A stretch of DNA of 64,000 nt from Candidatus Babeliales bacterium. Its GTDB lineage: Bacteria; Babelota; Babeliae; Babelales; JANWKD01. Positions 19,185-29,049 of the stretch are shown one piece after another (position 1 is the first letter of the stretch; each line of letters opens with the position of its first letter). Made by a program: the position numbers and the translations under genes. Where the stretch lies: the NCBI GenBank assembly GCA_963722075.1, contig CAVRJM010000001.1, positions 1 to 64,000 on the forward strand. The letters run 5' to 3'. Below the pieces are notes generated by a model. The model was given only the letters and a program-made list of their open reading frames with translations. It had not been told where the DNA came from and searched no databases.

Positions 19185-19756
19185 TTTTCTTTCTCTTTTT
19201 TTTCTACTTTTTTACCGGTTCAGCAATGCAGCAAGAATCACTGAGCGAAATAATTGCTAAAAATCCTCAGCACGCATTAGAACAATTAAAACAATATAGG
19301 CTTTCCCGAGTTAAAGAATATCGCGATAAGAATTTTAATAACTTAATTCATATAACGGTTAATGCATTAATTAAACAAATCGTTGATGGCAAGAAAGCTA
19401 ATAAAAAAAAAGATTCTGCTCAATTAATATTAGATTATAAACCGTTATTAGAATACTTAGTTACTCAGGTTGGTATTAATATTAATGAGCTTAATGATAA
19501 TTATTCTTCACCTTTGATTTTAGTATACAGAATGTATGCTTGTCCTGATGAATCATCTCTAACTTCAGAATCATTTAGACTATTTGTTGTTAATAATGAT
19601 TTAGCAAACCAATTAAAACCATTAGAACAGTATTTAATAAATTTAGGGGCAGATAATAATACATGGTTTTTTGATTGGGGCCCTGAGATTCGAAATGTTA
19701 AAAAATTGTGCTGGAAACTTTTGTGCTGTGAGTGCATGAAGAAGAAACATAATTAA
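19181..19756 (+). CDS. Ankyrin-like exported protein, paralogue of 18654..19184
   Basis: Likely ATGA-coupled start at 19181. NNLIHITV, GININELNDNYSSPL and LINLGA; ends CCECMKKKHN. Confidence 0.7.
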   Translation: MIFFLFFFYFFTGSAMQQESLSEIIAKNPQHALEQLKQYRLSRVKEYRDKNFNNLIHITVNALIKQIVDGKKANKKKDSAQLILDYKPLLEYLVTQVGININELNDNYSSPLILVYRMYACPDESSLTSESFRLFVVNNDLANQLKPLEQYLINLGADNNTWFFDWGPEIRNVKKLCWKLLCCECMKKKHN

Positions 19757-19772
19757 AGAATTAATTTTATAG

Positions 19773-19851
19773 CTGGATTCTTACGGCCAAATGGCCTCAG
19801 AATGACAAAGTTTCTGTTGAATGTCATCCTGAACGAAGTGTAAGGATCCAG
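19773..19851. repeat. Palindromic REP-like element pair between convergent genes
   Basis: ctggattcttacggccaaatggcctcagaatgaca ... tgtcatcctgaacgaagtgtaaggatccag. Confidence 0.8.
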
Positions 19852-19865
19852 TGAATAAATAAAAA

Positions 19866-21059
19866 TCATTTGAGTTTGCGCATAACCTCAATAAAACAAC
19901 CAACTTCCTCTAACGTATTATAGGCAAAAAAACTGATGCGAATGGCGCCATCAAGCTTAAATTTACGGGCAACTGGTTGTGCACAAAAATGTCCCGTACG
20001 TACGGCAATGTTATGTGAATTAAGAAAAGCGCCTACATCATGATGGTGGTGCCCCTTTACTACAAAACTGATTAAATGTCCTTTTTCTTGCAACTGCTTA
20101 AGAGGGCCCAATACGGTAACATCAGGGATTTGTTGCAGACCTTGTATAGCGCGTGTGCACAGTGCTGCTTCATGTGAACGAAGAGTATCGAAATTGATAT
20201 GGCTATTTATATAGTCAATTGCAGCGCCAAGTCCAATAACTTGTGCAATCGGTGGCGTTCCCGCCTCATATTTATAAGGAGCTTTATTCCATGTTGCTTC
20301 ATCATAACCAGCGCTAAACACCATGCCGCCGCCAAATTGGTAGGGAGGAACTGATGGTTGCGTTGATTTCTTTATATACAAAACGCCAATACCGGTAGGA
20401 CCGCCTATTTTATGCCCTGAAAAAACTAAAAAATCGGCATCGAATTCAGTTACCGTAATTGCTTGATGTCCAATTGATTGAGCAGCATCAATTAATACTA
20501 AAGCGCCAACGGCGCGTGCTGCATTACTAATTGTTTTAATATCATTATGAACGCCCAATACATGTGAAGTGTGTACCACGCTTACTAATTTAGTACGGTC
20601 AGTAATAAGTGTAGGAAGCAGTTCCATTTGCAGGATACCATCAGGATTGCAGGGAATAAAGACTAATTGAGCTCCGGTATGCTGCGCTACTTGTTGCCAG
20701 GGAATTAAATTTGAATGATGCTCTAATTCAGTAAGTACAATGGTATCGCCTGCTTTTATATTTTTGAGCGCCCATGCCGTTGCAACAAAATTGATTCCAT
20801 GGGTAGTTCCTTGGGTGAAAATAATTTCTTCTGGTAGCGCGCCAATAAAGGATGCTACTTTATTACGGGTGCCTTCAAAGCGTTCAGTGGCCTCTTCAGC
20901 CAAGTGATATATACTGCGATGTACCATTGCATATTCTTTTTGATAAAAGCGCGTAATGGTATCAATCACCGACTGAGGCTTATGAACCGTTGCGGCATTA
21001 TCAAAATAGATTAGGTTAGAGGAATCAAGTAACGGAAAATCTTTTTTGAGATTATTCAT
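19866..21059 (-). CDS. sufS: Cysteine desulfurase, SufS type
   Basis: IYFDNAAT, EHHSN, DAAQ, FSGHK (PLP lysine), EAGTP and RTGHFCA. Confidence 0.95.
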   Translation of the reverse strand: MNNLKKDFPLLDSSNLIYFDNAATVHKPQSVIDTITRFYQKEYAMVHRSIYHLAEEATERFEGTRNKVASFIGALPEEIIFTQGTTHGINFVATAWALKNIKAGDTIVLTELEHHSNLIPWQQVAQHTGAQLVFIPCNPDGILQMELLPTLITDRTKLVSVVHTSHVLGVHNDIKTISNAARAVGALVLIDAAQSIGHQAITVTEFDADFLVFSGHKIGGPTGIGVLYIKKSTQPSVPPYQFGGGMVFSAGYDEATWNKAPYKYEAGTPPIAQVIGLGAAIDYINSHINFDTLRSHEAALCTRAIQGLQQIPDVTVLGPLKQLQEKGHLISFVVKGHHHHDVGAFLNSHNIAVRTGHFCAQPVARKFKLDGAIRISFFAYNTLEEVGCFIEVMRKLK

Positions 21060-21071
21060 ACCTCATCCACA

Positions 21072-21983
21072 TTATCCCTGATTCATAGAATCATTTAGTG
21101 ATTGAACAGTAACTAAATCATTTTTGTTTTGGTTGTTTAAATGTTCCATCTCAATTAATATTCTTTCCAATTGATTTAATTGAGTGACGGTTTCTAGATT
21201 TTTTTCTTTTAAAGAATCAGTTTTTGCATTAAGTTCGTCAATGCTCTTTTTAATAGTAGCTGAATGATTCGATAAATTAGTTACTTCCTTAATGCTCTGT
21301 TCTAATTGTTCAGTAAATTCTTGATCCTGCGTTTGGACTGTTTTAGAAAACTGCTGTAATGCCTCTTCTGATTGTTCCTGGTACCTTTGTAGTTCTAATA
21401 ATGTTTCTGTAATTGGCGTATTATTATATTCATGTTTTATTTTATGAATTAATGCTAATACATGACTATTATTGCGATCAGAAGAATGGAAAAAAGCGGT
21501 GTGTTGTTTTTGCATTTTGTTTGCTATTAATCCCGTTTGCGCTAATGAACTAGTAAGAAAAGGAAGTTGACGAGTAGTAATAGGTAACATAGTGGTTTTT
21601 TCATTCACGATTGCTTGAGCAAGCTCTTGAAGTTCTCCCATTTCGTTACGTGATTTTTGAGCTAAAAGATCTTTAATTGTTCGTTTTGCTTCATCTAAAT
21701 CTTTTTTAGTAGTGTAATCAGTAAGATATTTAAATAGTGCAAGAGAGCCTACAACGCCCCCTGCCAGGAGTATACAATTAATCATAGTTTTATGTTGTGC
21801 ATAAAAAGATTTTTCTTCTATGGTATATCCGCCTTGTTTAAATGAAGCAACTAAAGCAGGAAGCAGTTCTTTAGCAATAGTAGAATTTATATGATTGTTA
21901 TCGCGCAACAAGGAAGTAGAATGGTGCATACCAAGAGAAAGAAATGGATGCATAATAAAAATAATTAACAATTTTTTTAACAT
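21072..21983 (-). CDS. Exported coiled-coil protein D (signal peptide, TM, TKKDL)
   Basis: Signal-like N-terminus, hydrophobic segment, then a long Q/E/L/K heptad region. Confidence 0.75.
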   Translation of the reverse strand: MLKKLLIIFIMHPFLSLGMHHSTSLLRDNNHINSTIAKELLPALVASFKQGGYTIEEKSFYAQHKTMINCILLAGGVVGSLALFKYLTDYTTKKDLDEAKRTIKDLLAQKSRNEMGELQELAQAIVNEKTTMLPITTRQLPFLTSSLAQTGLIANKMQKQHTAFFHSSDRNNSHVLALIHKIKHEYNNTPITETLLELQRYQEQSEEALQQFSKTVQTQDQEFTEQLEQSIKEVTNLSNHSATIKKSIDELNAKTDSLKEKNLETVTQLNQLERILIEMEHLNNQNKNDLVTVQSLNDSMNQG

Positions 21984-21985
21984 TA

Positions 21986-22927
21986 TTAGTCCCTTAATAA
22001 CGAAGTTGAAGATTTTATTTTTTTTGAAAAAGTATCAAATTCTTGTCTTACCTTATTTTGCTCTTCGAGCTCTTGTACTTTAGAATGAAGTTGCATACAG
22101 GTTTGTTTTAATTGGTTATAACCGCCTAGAATGCGGGGAAGCAAGGAATTTTTTTCACGTTCTTCCTTAAGTTGTCTGTCTAAATTAAGACATCGTAGCG
22201 TTAAAGAATGTATAATTGTTAGTTCAGTATCTTTGGCTTCATGAAGTTTATCTAATTGTGCATGAGCGTCCTGGGTTGATTTTTCAATTTGTTCCTGTTC
22301 TTTTGTAACATCATTTACTATCGCAGTAGTAAATGCCACTATTTCGTTATAATCTTGTAAATTGTCACTAACATTTTTTTCTATTTGGCGTATTTTATTT
22401 TGATGTAAGGTGCAATAGAGTGAAAAATTATAGGCGGCAGTACTAAAAATCTTTTTTTGATTAGTAATTAATTTTTGCAATTGTAAAATGTTTCCCATTA
22501 TGAATTTATTTTGTTGCTTTAAACACTGTTGTTGTTTTAATTGTCTATTGTTCAATCCTCTCATAAAACGGCCCATCTGGTCGGTTGTATTAGTGGTATG
22601 GATTAACTTTAATTTTATTTGATCTAAAATATCAGTATTTTCTTTTAATTGGGAAAATATAAAACTGATCTGTAAAGTCGTGTCATTGCTTTGCTCATTG
22701 ATCATATCCACAAATTCATTCATCGCATTTAGAAAGTCTGTTCTAGTGATAGGTATAATATTATTTGAAAACCAATTACATCCTATAGAAAATGAATATA
22801 TGAATGGTTTTGAGGCATAATAACCAGCAGTTGTAACACCACTTTTTACTAATCCAAAATAGCCGCCATATGCATTATTAAGGAAAAAAATCGAGAAGAA
22901 AATAACCATTTTTTTTAAGAAATTCAC
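21986..22927 (-). CDS. Exported coiled-coil protein C (PITRTDF)
   Basis: Signal-like N-terminus and long predicted coiled coil. Confidence 0.75.
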   Translation of the reverse strand: MNFLKKMVIFFSIFFLNNAYGGYFGLVKSGVTTAGYYASKPFIYSFSIGCNWFSNNIIPITRTDFLNAMNEFVDMINEQSNDTTLQISFIFSQLKENTDILDQIKLKLIHTTNTTDQMGRFMRGLNNRQLKQQQCLKQQNKFIMGNILQLQKLITNQKKIFSTAAYNFSLYCTLHQNKIRQIEKNVSDNLQDYNEIVAFTTAIVNDVTKEQEQIEKSTQDAHAQLDKLHEAKDTELTIIHSLTLRCLNLDRQLKEEREKNSLLPRILGGYNQLKQTCMQLHSKVQELEEQNKVRQEFDTFSKKIKSSTSLLRD

Positions 22928-22950
22928 GCAAGTATTCCTTTTATCGGTAA

Positions 22951-23856
22951 TTAAATAATGCCTAATTCTTTTTCTTGTTGCATTATATAATTAGTAAATT
23001 CTAGGTATGTTTCCTCATTATACAAATTAATTTCTAATTGATCCATATCACGTAATAAATCAGTAATAGTGCGCGTATTTTGATTATGTTGATTACAAAT
23101 GCGTGCAAATTCTTTGGCAAAGGTGGAGAATTGCTGTTCTAAATGATTATTATTTTCTGTACAAAATAGAGCTGATTGTTCCTGCAATGAGATAGAAAAA
23201 CTATCTAAAAATCTTCTAATACGGGCAGTGATTTCTGATTCTAAAATTTTAAGCTTTTTTAATTGTTCTTTATATGATTGTTGATGCGTATGAGTAATAG
23301 AATAAATACAATGTTCTATTTCCACAAGCAAACTTCGTTGTACGCGTGTTGCGGTAGCAAAATATTCAGTATGTTCGCTTGAAGAAAGTTGTGCCGAATC
23401 AGTTAAAGCGTTCATTACCAAATGAGGGAATTGATTAATATGTTCTTTGATGATAGTAATTTTAGTATTGAGCTTAGTTAATTCTTTATTTGATGCTTCA
23501 ATCGCTCTTTTAGATTCATCAATTTTGTGTTGCGTATGGGTATTTGCATTTTTTTTGAAAGCACTGATTTCTTGATGGAATCTTTTTTTTGCTTCGTCAT
23601 TAATACGTTTGAGGTCTTTTGCCGTTAGAGGCCAATAAGGGCTCATCCTTAACAATAATAACATAATAGTCATAAGGGAGCTTCCTATACATAATTTTGG
23701 ATAAGAAGTACATAAGGTGATAAGAGTAGTAGGAATTGTTCTTAAAGATGCGCACGAGAAAAAAGAAGGTGATGGGGCAGGCGTAAGCGTAGTATCCATC
23801 CCATAAAGGGGAAATAATGTTAGACAATAAAATAAAAAGAAATACTTTTTTGGCAT
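22951..23856 (-). CDS. Exported coiled-coil protein B (PLTAKDL)
   Basis: Likely start ATG 23856 (MPKKYFFL); TM followed by coiled coil. Confidence 0.75.
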   Translation of the reverse strand: MPKKYFFLFYCLTLFPLYGMDTTLTPAPSPSFFSCASLRTIPTTLITLCTSYPKLCIGSSLMTIMLLLLRMSPYWPLTAKDLKRINDEAKKRFHQEISAFKKNANTHTQHKIDESKRAIEASNKELTKLNTKITIIKEHINQFPHLVMNALTDSAQLSSSEHTEYFATATRVQRSLLVEIEHCIYSITHTHQQSYKEQLKKLKILESEITARIRRFLDSFSISLQEQSALFCTENNNHLEQQFSTFAKEFARICNQHNQNTRTITDLLRDMDQLEINLYNEETYLEFTNYIMQQEKELGII

Positions 23857-23860
23857 AGGC

Positions 23861-24706
23861 TTATGGGCTTTTATTTTTTTTAAGAGTATCTTGAATCCTT
23901 TTCCAGCGATCAAATAAAGCAACAGCATTTTCTATTTTATGGCGATTATGATTTTTTATATCTTGTATTTTACTTTGCACCAGTTCAATAGCGTCTGTTT
24001 GCAGGGTAATGGATTGTTTTGTTTGTTCAATCTCATGCGAAATTTTTTGACCATGTTCCTGCGCATCATCGGTGCATTTTTTTAGTACCATTTCATACTG
24101 TTGTTTGACAAGCTCGAGCAGCTGATCAGTACATCTTTTATTTTCAGTTTCTAATGTATGCAATTCATTATGCAGCATACGTAATCGATCAAGTGCATTT
24201 GTTTGTTCCAGCGCTAATCGTTCTTTAATAGTATCTAACGTTATTCGTAATTCTTTTTGTATTCGGAGCGTGTGCAATTGCAGTTTTTTATTAAGTAATT
24301 GATTAAAAGTAATATGATGTTGATATATACCATGTGCAGCTTCTTTTTTGGCTTCTATAAGATCAGTTACCAATTCTTCTAATTGCATTACATTTTTTTC
24401 AATACTAGCCCTTACTCTGCCTTCTAATTCTTGTTTAGTAGTAAAAAATAATCGATCAATTTGTTCGAAGGTGCTTTTTTGCATTTCTTGGCATTGTGTT
24501 TGGATTAAATTATTAATTTCATTACGTGTTTTTAGAAGATCTTGTTGGGTTGCTGGCATAAAAAAATGTGTTATAAAACTTAGATACTGAAAGGTGCCCA
24601 CTATAAACGGCAATAATAAGGGCTTAAAAAATGATATATATTCTAACGAGCCATAAAGATGAGTGGGAAACGGTAATAAGAAAAGAAGAGCTGCGGTTCG
24701 CTTCAT
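23861..24706 (-). CDS. Exported coiled-coil protein A (PATQQDL)
   Basis: Signal-like N-terminus, TM and long coiled coil. Confidence 0.75.
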   Translation of the reverse strand: MKRTAALLFLLPFPTHLYGSLEYISFFKPLLLPFIVGTFQYLSFITHFFMPATQQDLLKTRNEINNLIQTQCQEMQKSTFEQIDRLFFTTKQELEGRVRASIEKNVMQLEELVTDLIEAKKEAAHGIYQHHITFNQLLNKKLQLHTLRIQKELRITLDTIKERLALEQTNALDRLRMLHNELHTLETENKRCTDQLLELVKQQYEMVLKKCTDDAQEHGQKISHEIEQTKQSITLQTDAIELVQSKIQDIKNHNRHKIENAVALFDRWKRIQDTLKKNKSP

Positions 24707-24709
24707 TTA

Positions 24710-24738
24710 TGTCATCCCGAGTTTACGTGGTGGATCCA
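24710..24738. repeat. Short REP-like copy
   Basis: tgtcatcccgag...ggatcca, same termini as the other copies. Confidence 0.5.
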
Positions 24739-24912
24739 TTGATCAATAACATCCTATTTACCTCTACTCATAGAATACATAATTTGATGGTAAGAAAATG
24801 ATGAGCGGGTTATCAATAGTATTATATGGTATTTGTGTTCTTAGGTTTTGTTGAATTTAGTAAAAGCATTGTGAGTTTACTTTTCAAAGCTTAAAACCTG
24901 CGAAATCAGAAT

Positions 24913-25015
24913 CGTCGTTGCGAGCGGAAGCGTGGCAATCCAGATTAAACTGAATGAAATTTTACATTGGGAGATAGAATAAGAGCCTGGATTGCTTCGT
25001 AAACTCGCAACGACG
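24913..25015. repeat. Palindromic REP-like pair (GTCGTTGCGAG variant)
   Basis: cgtcgttgcgagcggaagcgtggcaatccag ... ctggattgcttcgtaaactcgcaacgacg form an inverted pair. Confidence 0.8.
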
Positions 25016-25082
25016 TACATTTGTAAATCCACATCGATTGAGTCTGATTTTTTTTGCAATGAATTGAATAATAAATAAAAAA

Positions 25083-26180
25083 CTATATTCCAATACCGCG
25101 CTTTTTTAAGCTTTTTTGTGACATATGCAAGCGATAATTGTATTGCGTACCGATTTTTTGAATCATATGGTAAAAAAATTCTCGATCTGCACCTTTTACT
25201 ACTGCCTGTTCATGCGCTTCTGCTAAACAAATAGGATATCCTCTTCCTTTTTGAGTTTGATCAATGATTATTTTTGTTATGTGATCAATGCGATTAGTAT
25301 CGCCAGCAAGCCACGCGGGCAGCTCAATACGCACTATTTCAGTACCGACGTTTAAGTAAAAAAAATAGGGCTTTAAATGTGGCGGATAATAAGCGGTAAT
25401 AGGAGAGTTATGAGCAAATATAATGGTGCGTGCGTATGGTGGCACATAAAAATGGGTGATATCAGTGTCGACTAAATGCTCAATTGCCGCTGAGTTGTTT
25501 GTAGTTGATAAAAATAAACGAATGATATTAATCAATTCTTTATTTTTGGGGAGGCTAATGTAGCCAACAATAGGTATTTGCATTTCATAAAAAAGATGTA
25601 ATGAAGCAATGTAACGAGCTATATACGTTTCTTTAATAGTTTGTTCTTTTCCTTCTAAATGCCAAAAAATTAATGAACCGTCAAAAAGAAAAAGAGTTGC
25701 TTGATGCTGTTTATAAAACTGTTTTGCTAAAGAAACCCCTTCCTGAAATTCAAGCTCTTGTCGGCGACAATTAATATATTCTACTGAATTATCAGTAACC
25801 TCATCGGCGACAATATGGATATATGGTTTTGAATCAAAGAAAATTGACCGCGCGTTATTATAGCCAAGAACTACGGACCCAATATTAATCAAACTACAGC
25901 TGGTTCCTTGGTGTCGATCGGGATAAATTTGAGAGCCATCTACCGAAAAAACCAAGTAATCTTGTATGGTAGCTGTATAGGCGGTGGTGTCAGCTAAATT
26001 GCCGATCCATGAAGGAATTAGATAAGAGTGAGTATTAGTTTTAATTTTTGGAATCAAATCTGGGTCATTAGTGAGCGAATTCCATGCTTGCTCGGCAAGC
26101 AATAATTCATGAGAAAGATCGATAAAAAGGTTGTTAGCACTTTTTTGCAATTCTTGCATTACTTTAGGACGATCCAGCAT
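25083..26180 (-). CDS. nurA: NurA-family nuclease
   Basis: VDGSQIYPDRH, LFDGSLIFW, RIELPAW and GYPICLAEAHEQAVV. Confidence 0.9.
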   Translation of the reverse strand: MLDRPKVMQELQKSANNLFIDLSHELLLAEQAWNSLTNDPDLIPKIKTNTHSYLIPSWIGNLADTTAYTATIQDYLVFSVDGSQIYPDRHQGTSCSLINIGSVVLGYNNARSIFFDSKPYIHIVADEVTDNSVEYINCRRQELEFQEGVSLAKQFYKQHQATLFLFDGSLIFWHLEGKEQTIKETYIARYIASLHLFYEMQIPIVGYISLPKNKELINIIRLFLSTTNNSAAIEHLVDTDITHFYVPPYARTIIFAHNSPITAYYPPHLKPYFFYLNVGTEIVRIELPAWLAGDTNRIDHITKIIIDQTQKGRGYPICLAEAHEQAVVKGADREFFYHMIQKIGTQYNYRLHMSQKSLKKRGIGI

Positions 26181-26203
26181 ATATGATGCTCCACAAAACG
26201 TTA

Positions 26204-26578
26204 TTATAGTTTATTTTGGTAGCTATTAATACCTTCTTGTAATGTGTGTAAGCATAACAAGGCACATTTCAAACGTATAGGGCCTAATGGTATGCCGATC
26301 ATAGTAATTATATCTTCATTAGTTAAAGAATGTATGGATTCGAGCGTTTTACCGATACAATGTTCAGTTAACATCGAAGCAAATCCTTGATTAATAATAC
26401 AGCCGCGTGCCTGAAAAGAAATTGATTCAACTATGTTATTCTTAATATACCCTTCAATAGTAATAGAGTCACCGCACGAAGGATTATGCTCGCTTGAGCG
26501 GAAGGTAGGGTTTTTGAGCGGTTCATTATTGCGGGGACGATGATAATGATCAAGTAAACGGGTATGGTAGGTATCCAT
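26204..26578 (-). CDS. sufU: Fe-S scaffold / sulfur acceptor, SufU/IscU family
   Basis: LDHYHRPRN, NPSCGD, GCII and RLKCALL. Confidence 0.9.
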   Translation of the reverse strand: MDTYHTRLLDHYHRPRNNEPLKNPTFRSSEHNPSCGDSITIEGYIKNNIVESISFQARGCIINQGFASMLTEHCIGKTLESIHSLTNEDIITMIGIPLGPIRLKCALLCLHTLQEGINSYQNKL

Positions 26579-26811
26579 AATTATTAATCTATTTTTTAAA
26601 AGAGTTTTTCTAAATAAAGTTCCTATTACTTATTATACGCTAAAATAACGCTTTTTTTAATTATTTAATCAAAACCCTATACGGGCTAAATTGTTTTTAA
26701 TTATAATCTATTTGTAATTAATTCTTTTAATAAATGGGTAGAAAACCATGAAAAAAATGAAATCAGTATTATTTATTGTAAAAGTAGTTGTTATTACCGT
26801 GCTATTTTATA

Positions 26812-27213
26812 TTACGCGCTTATATCCGGAGCTTTTTGGCTTTTCCGCCCGGGCTGTGGTAAAACGGGAAACGACTGTTCCTCATTAAACGATTGCTCAT
26901 CACTGAAGGTGAAGGCCAGTTCTTTGATCTCGACTTCGCATCCCAGCTTGATTAATTCATCTCTCAACTCTTCTGCTTGGTATTCATTCCAGGTGAAATA
27001 TACTGGTATTTTTATATCAATAGCAGCTTGTACCTGGGCATGTGTACTTTTTGCATAAGTTGCTATAAACTGCAACGATTTAGGTACATTCCAAAATCTC
27101 CAAAAGGGCATGCTACGAATACGAACGCCATAAAACCCGGTGTGTTTTATGGTGAATCCAGCGTAGGAAGATAAAGGAATAAAAATCATTATTAAAAAAA
27201 GTAGTTTTTTCAT
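26812..27213 (-). CDS. Exported protein with ribosomal L7/L12 C-terminal-like segment
   Basis: Signal peptide; QAEELRDELIKLGCEVEIK resembles the L7/L12 CTD end. Confidence 0.5.
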   Translation of the reverse strand: MKKLLFLIMIFIPLSSYAGFTIKHTGFYGVRIRSMPFWRFWNVPKSLQFIATYAKSTHAQVQAAIDIKIPVYFTWNEYQAEELRDELIKLGCEVEIKELAFTFSDEQSFNEEQSFPVLPQPGRKSQKAPDISA

Positions 27214-27308
27214 ATGTTTGTTATTTGATTCATTGATTTTTATAAATGGACTAATTTAATACCTAATGTTAGTATAAATCTAATATAATATTATAATAGC
27301 CATTGTAT

Positions 27309-28136
27309 ATGAACTCAAAAAAGCTTCTTTTCTTATTCTTCCTTTTTTTCTCCATAAGCCAAGCATCAGCTGCCAATATTATTTTTGATATGGATGGTGT
27401 TTTAGTAACCCAGAAAAATAGTTTATGGCATATCGGCCCCTTTAAATTTCTAGGGTTATTTAATCCAATTCGTATTGGGGATAGCTTTTTTGACTTTTTA
27501 GATTCGTTAATGCAAGGCCCCAAAAAAGATTATGTGATGCATAAAGGCCGTGTGTTGCCGCAAATTTTTTGCGATTGGCAAAAAGGTTTACTCTCATCAC
27601 CTCAAATGTTAGAACGGGTTACCAAGCGGCTCCAAGAACTTTCTTGCGCATTTGATAGTAAACGAAAAGCTAAATTAATTGGCGCAATTGCACGGTTAAT
27701 TTTTACGCCAGAGCGTTTTATAAAAATTATTAATCCGGTAAAAAAAGGAATAAAGATATTAAAAAAATGTTATGAACAATTAGATGCGCAGGGAAACCGG
27801 GTTAATAAAATTTTTATTTTAACTAATTGGGCTGATTCATTTTTATTACTCTATGATCTTGGGTGGGCACGAGCAATTTTAGAAGTAGTTGATGGTTTTC
27901 TTACTTCTGAGCAAGCGAAAGAAATCAAGCCAAATCCTGCAATATACCATTATGCATTTGAATATTTTGGTATCGATCCTGATACCGAATTGACCGTTTA
28001 TATTGATGACGAAATTACCAATATAAAGGCTGCACGTTCATTAAATAAAAAACAGTTAAAATGCATTCACTGTAATAATTTTGATTTTGCAAGTGTTGAT
28101 AAAAGTTTACGAAGATTGCTCATTTATAAAAAATAA
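27309..28136 (+). CDS. HAD-superfamily hydrolase with signal peptide
   Basis: IIFDMDGVL (motif I), ILTN, KPNPAIY and YIDD...NI. Confidence 0.9.
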   Translation: MNSKKLLFLFFLFFSISQASAANIIFDMDGVLVTQKNSLWHIGPFKFLGLFNPIRIGDSFFDFLDSLMQGPKKDYVMHKGRVLPQIFCDWQKGLLSSPQMLERVTKRLQELSCAFDSKRKAKLIGAIARLIFTPERFIKIINPVKKGIKILKKCYEQLDAQGNRVNKIFILTNWADSFLLLYDLGWARAILEVVDGFLTSEQAKEIKPNPAIYHYAFEYFGIDPDTELTVYIDDEITNIKAARSLNKKQLKCIHCNNFDFASVDKSLRRLLIYKK

Positions 28137-28149
28137 GGAACTAAAGTAG

Positions 28150-28974
28150 ATGAAGAAATATGTATTCATACTATTGGTATGCTTTTCACTGCCAATGAAA
28201 TTTTCTCATGCAATGGAAGCTCCTCAAGATGAGGTCCAATCTCAGTTATTAAGTCTCGATGGTAATCATTATCAATTATTAGTGTATCAAACCGCGTTGC
28301 TTACTATATTATTAAAACAAGCACAGGAAGAACAACATTGCGAGCAAGATGCATGCCTACAGTGCGGTACCAGAAAATTTGAACCATTTGTAGAATTTTT
28401 GCTTTCATCGCCATCTTTTGAAACTAATTCATTAGTTGCTAGTTTGATTAAGCAAGAAGATTTCGATGGTCAATTGGAACTTTATTGTGATTCTACGGAG
28501 GGAAAAGCGCTTCTTTTTTCTGGTAATACTATTAACCAAGAGCAGTTTCGCGTTGATGTAAAAGAAAAACTGACAGAAGAACAGAAAAACTTTTTTAATG
28601 ATTTTTTTAATGATCGATTACCAACATCATCTGATTTATGGATAAAATCACGAATAAAATTATTACAAGAGCTGCAAATACTTAATCAAAGAACTACATC
28701 ATTAGAATATTTGACGCAATTTTTGGATAAAGGGTTCTCCTATAGCTCCGGTGCATGCGCGGGATATGGATTATCATCACTTATATTGGGTCAGCCATGG
28801 ATACCGGCCGTTGGATTGATGATTTTTAGCGCTATGGCATGTGTAAGCTTACGCGATGTTAATTGTTCTTTTTATTTTAAAAATAAAAAAGGGACGGTTG
28901 ATAATAAAATTGTACACGCAATTACTCGATTAGAATTTTCTAAATCAGCAGCAATTACTATGAGTAGAGATTGA
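28150..28974 (+). CDS. Hypothetical exported protein with C-terminal 2-TM region
   Basis: Signal peptide ending HAME; late hydrophobic hairpin. Confidence 0.65.
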   Translation: MKKYVFILLVCFSLPMKFSHAMEAPQDEVQSQLLSLDGNHYQLLVYQTALLTILLKQAQEEQHCEQDACLQCGTRKFEPFVEFLLSSPSFETNSLVASLIKQEDFDGQLELYCDSTEGKALLFSGNTINQEQFRVDVKEKLTEEQKNFFNDFFNDRLPTSSDLWIKSRIKLLQELQILNQRTTSLEYLTQFLDKGFSYSSGACAGYGLSSLILGQPWIPAVGLMIFSAMACVSLRDVNCSFYFKNKKGTVDNKIVHAITRLEFSKSAAITMSRD

Positions 28975-29049
28975 TTATTTGAAATATTTACCTTTGAGTA
29001 ATGTACCTGATAAGCTTCAATTGAGGCTTAAAATAAAGGTATTATTTCT

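Noticed and set aside
24877..25059. 60-aa minus-strand ORF
   Set aside because: It is a translation of the REP pair with no coding signature.
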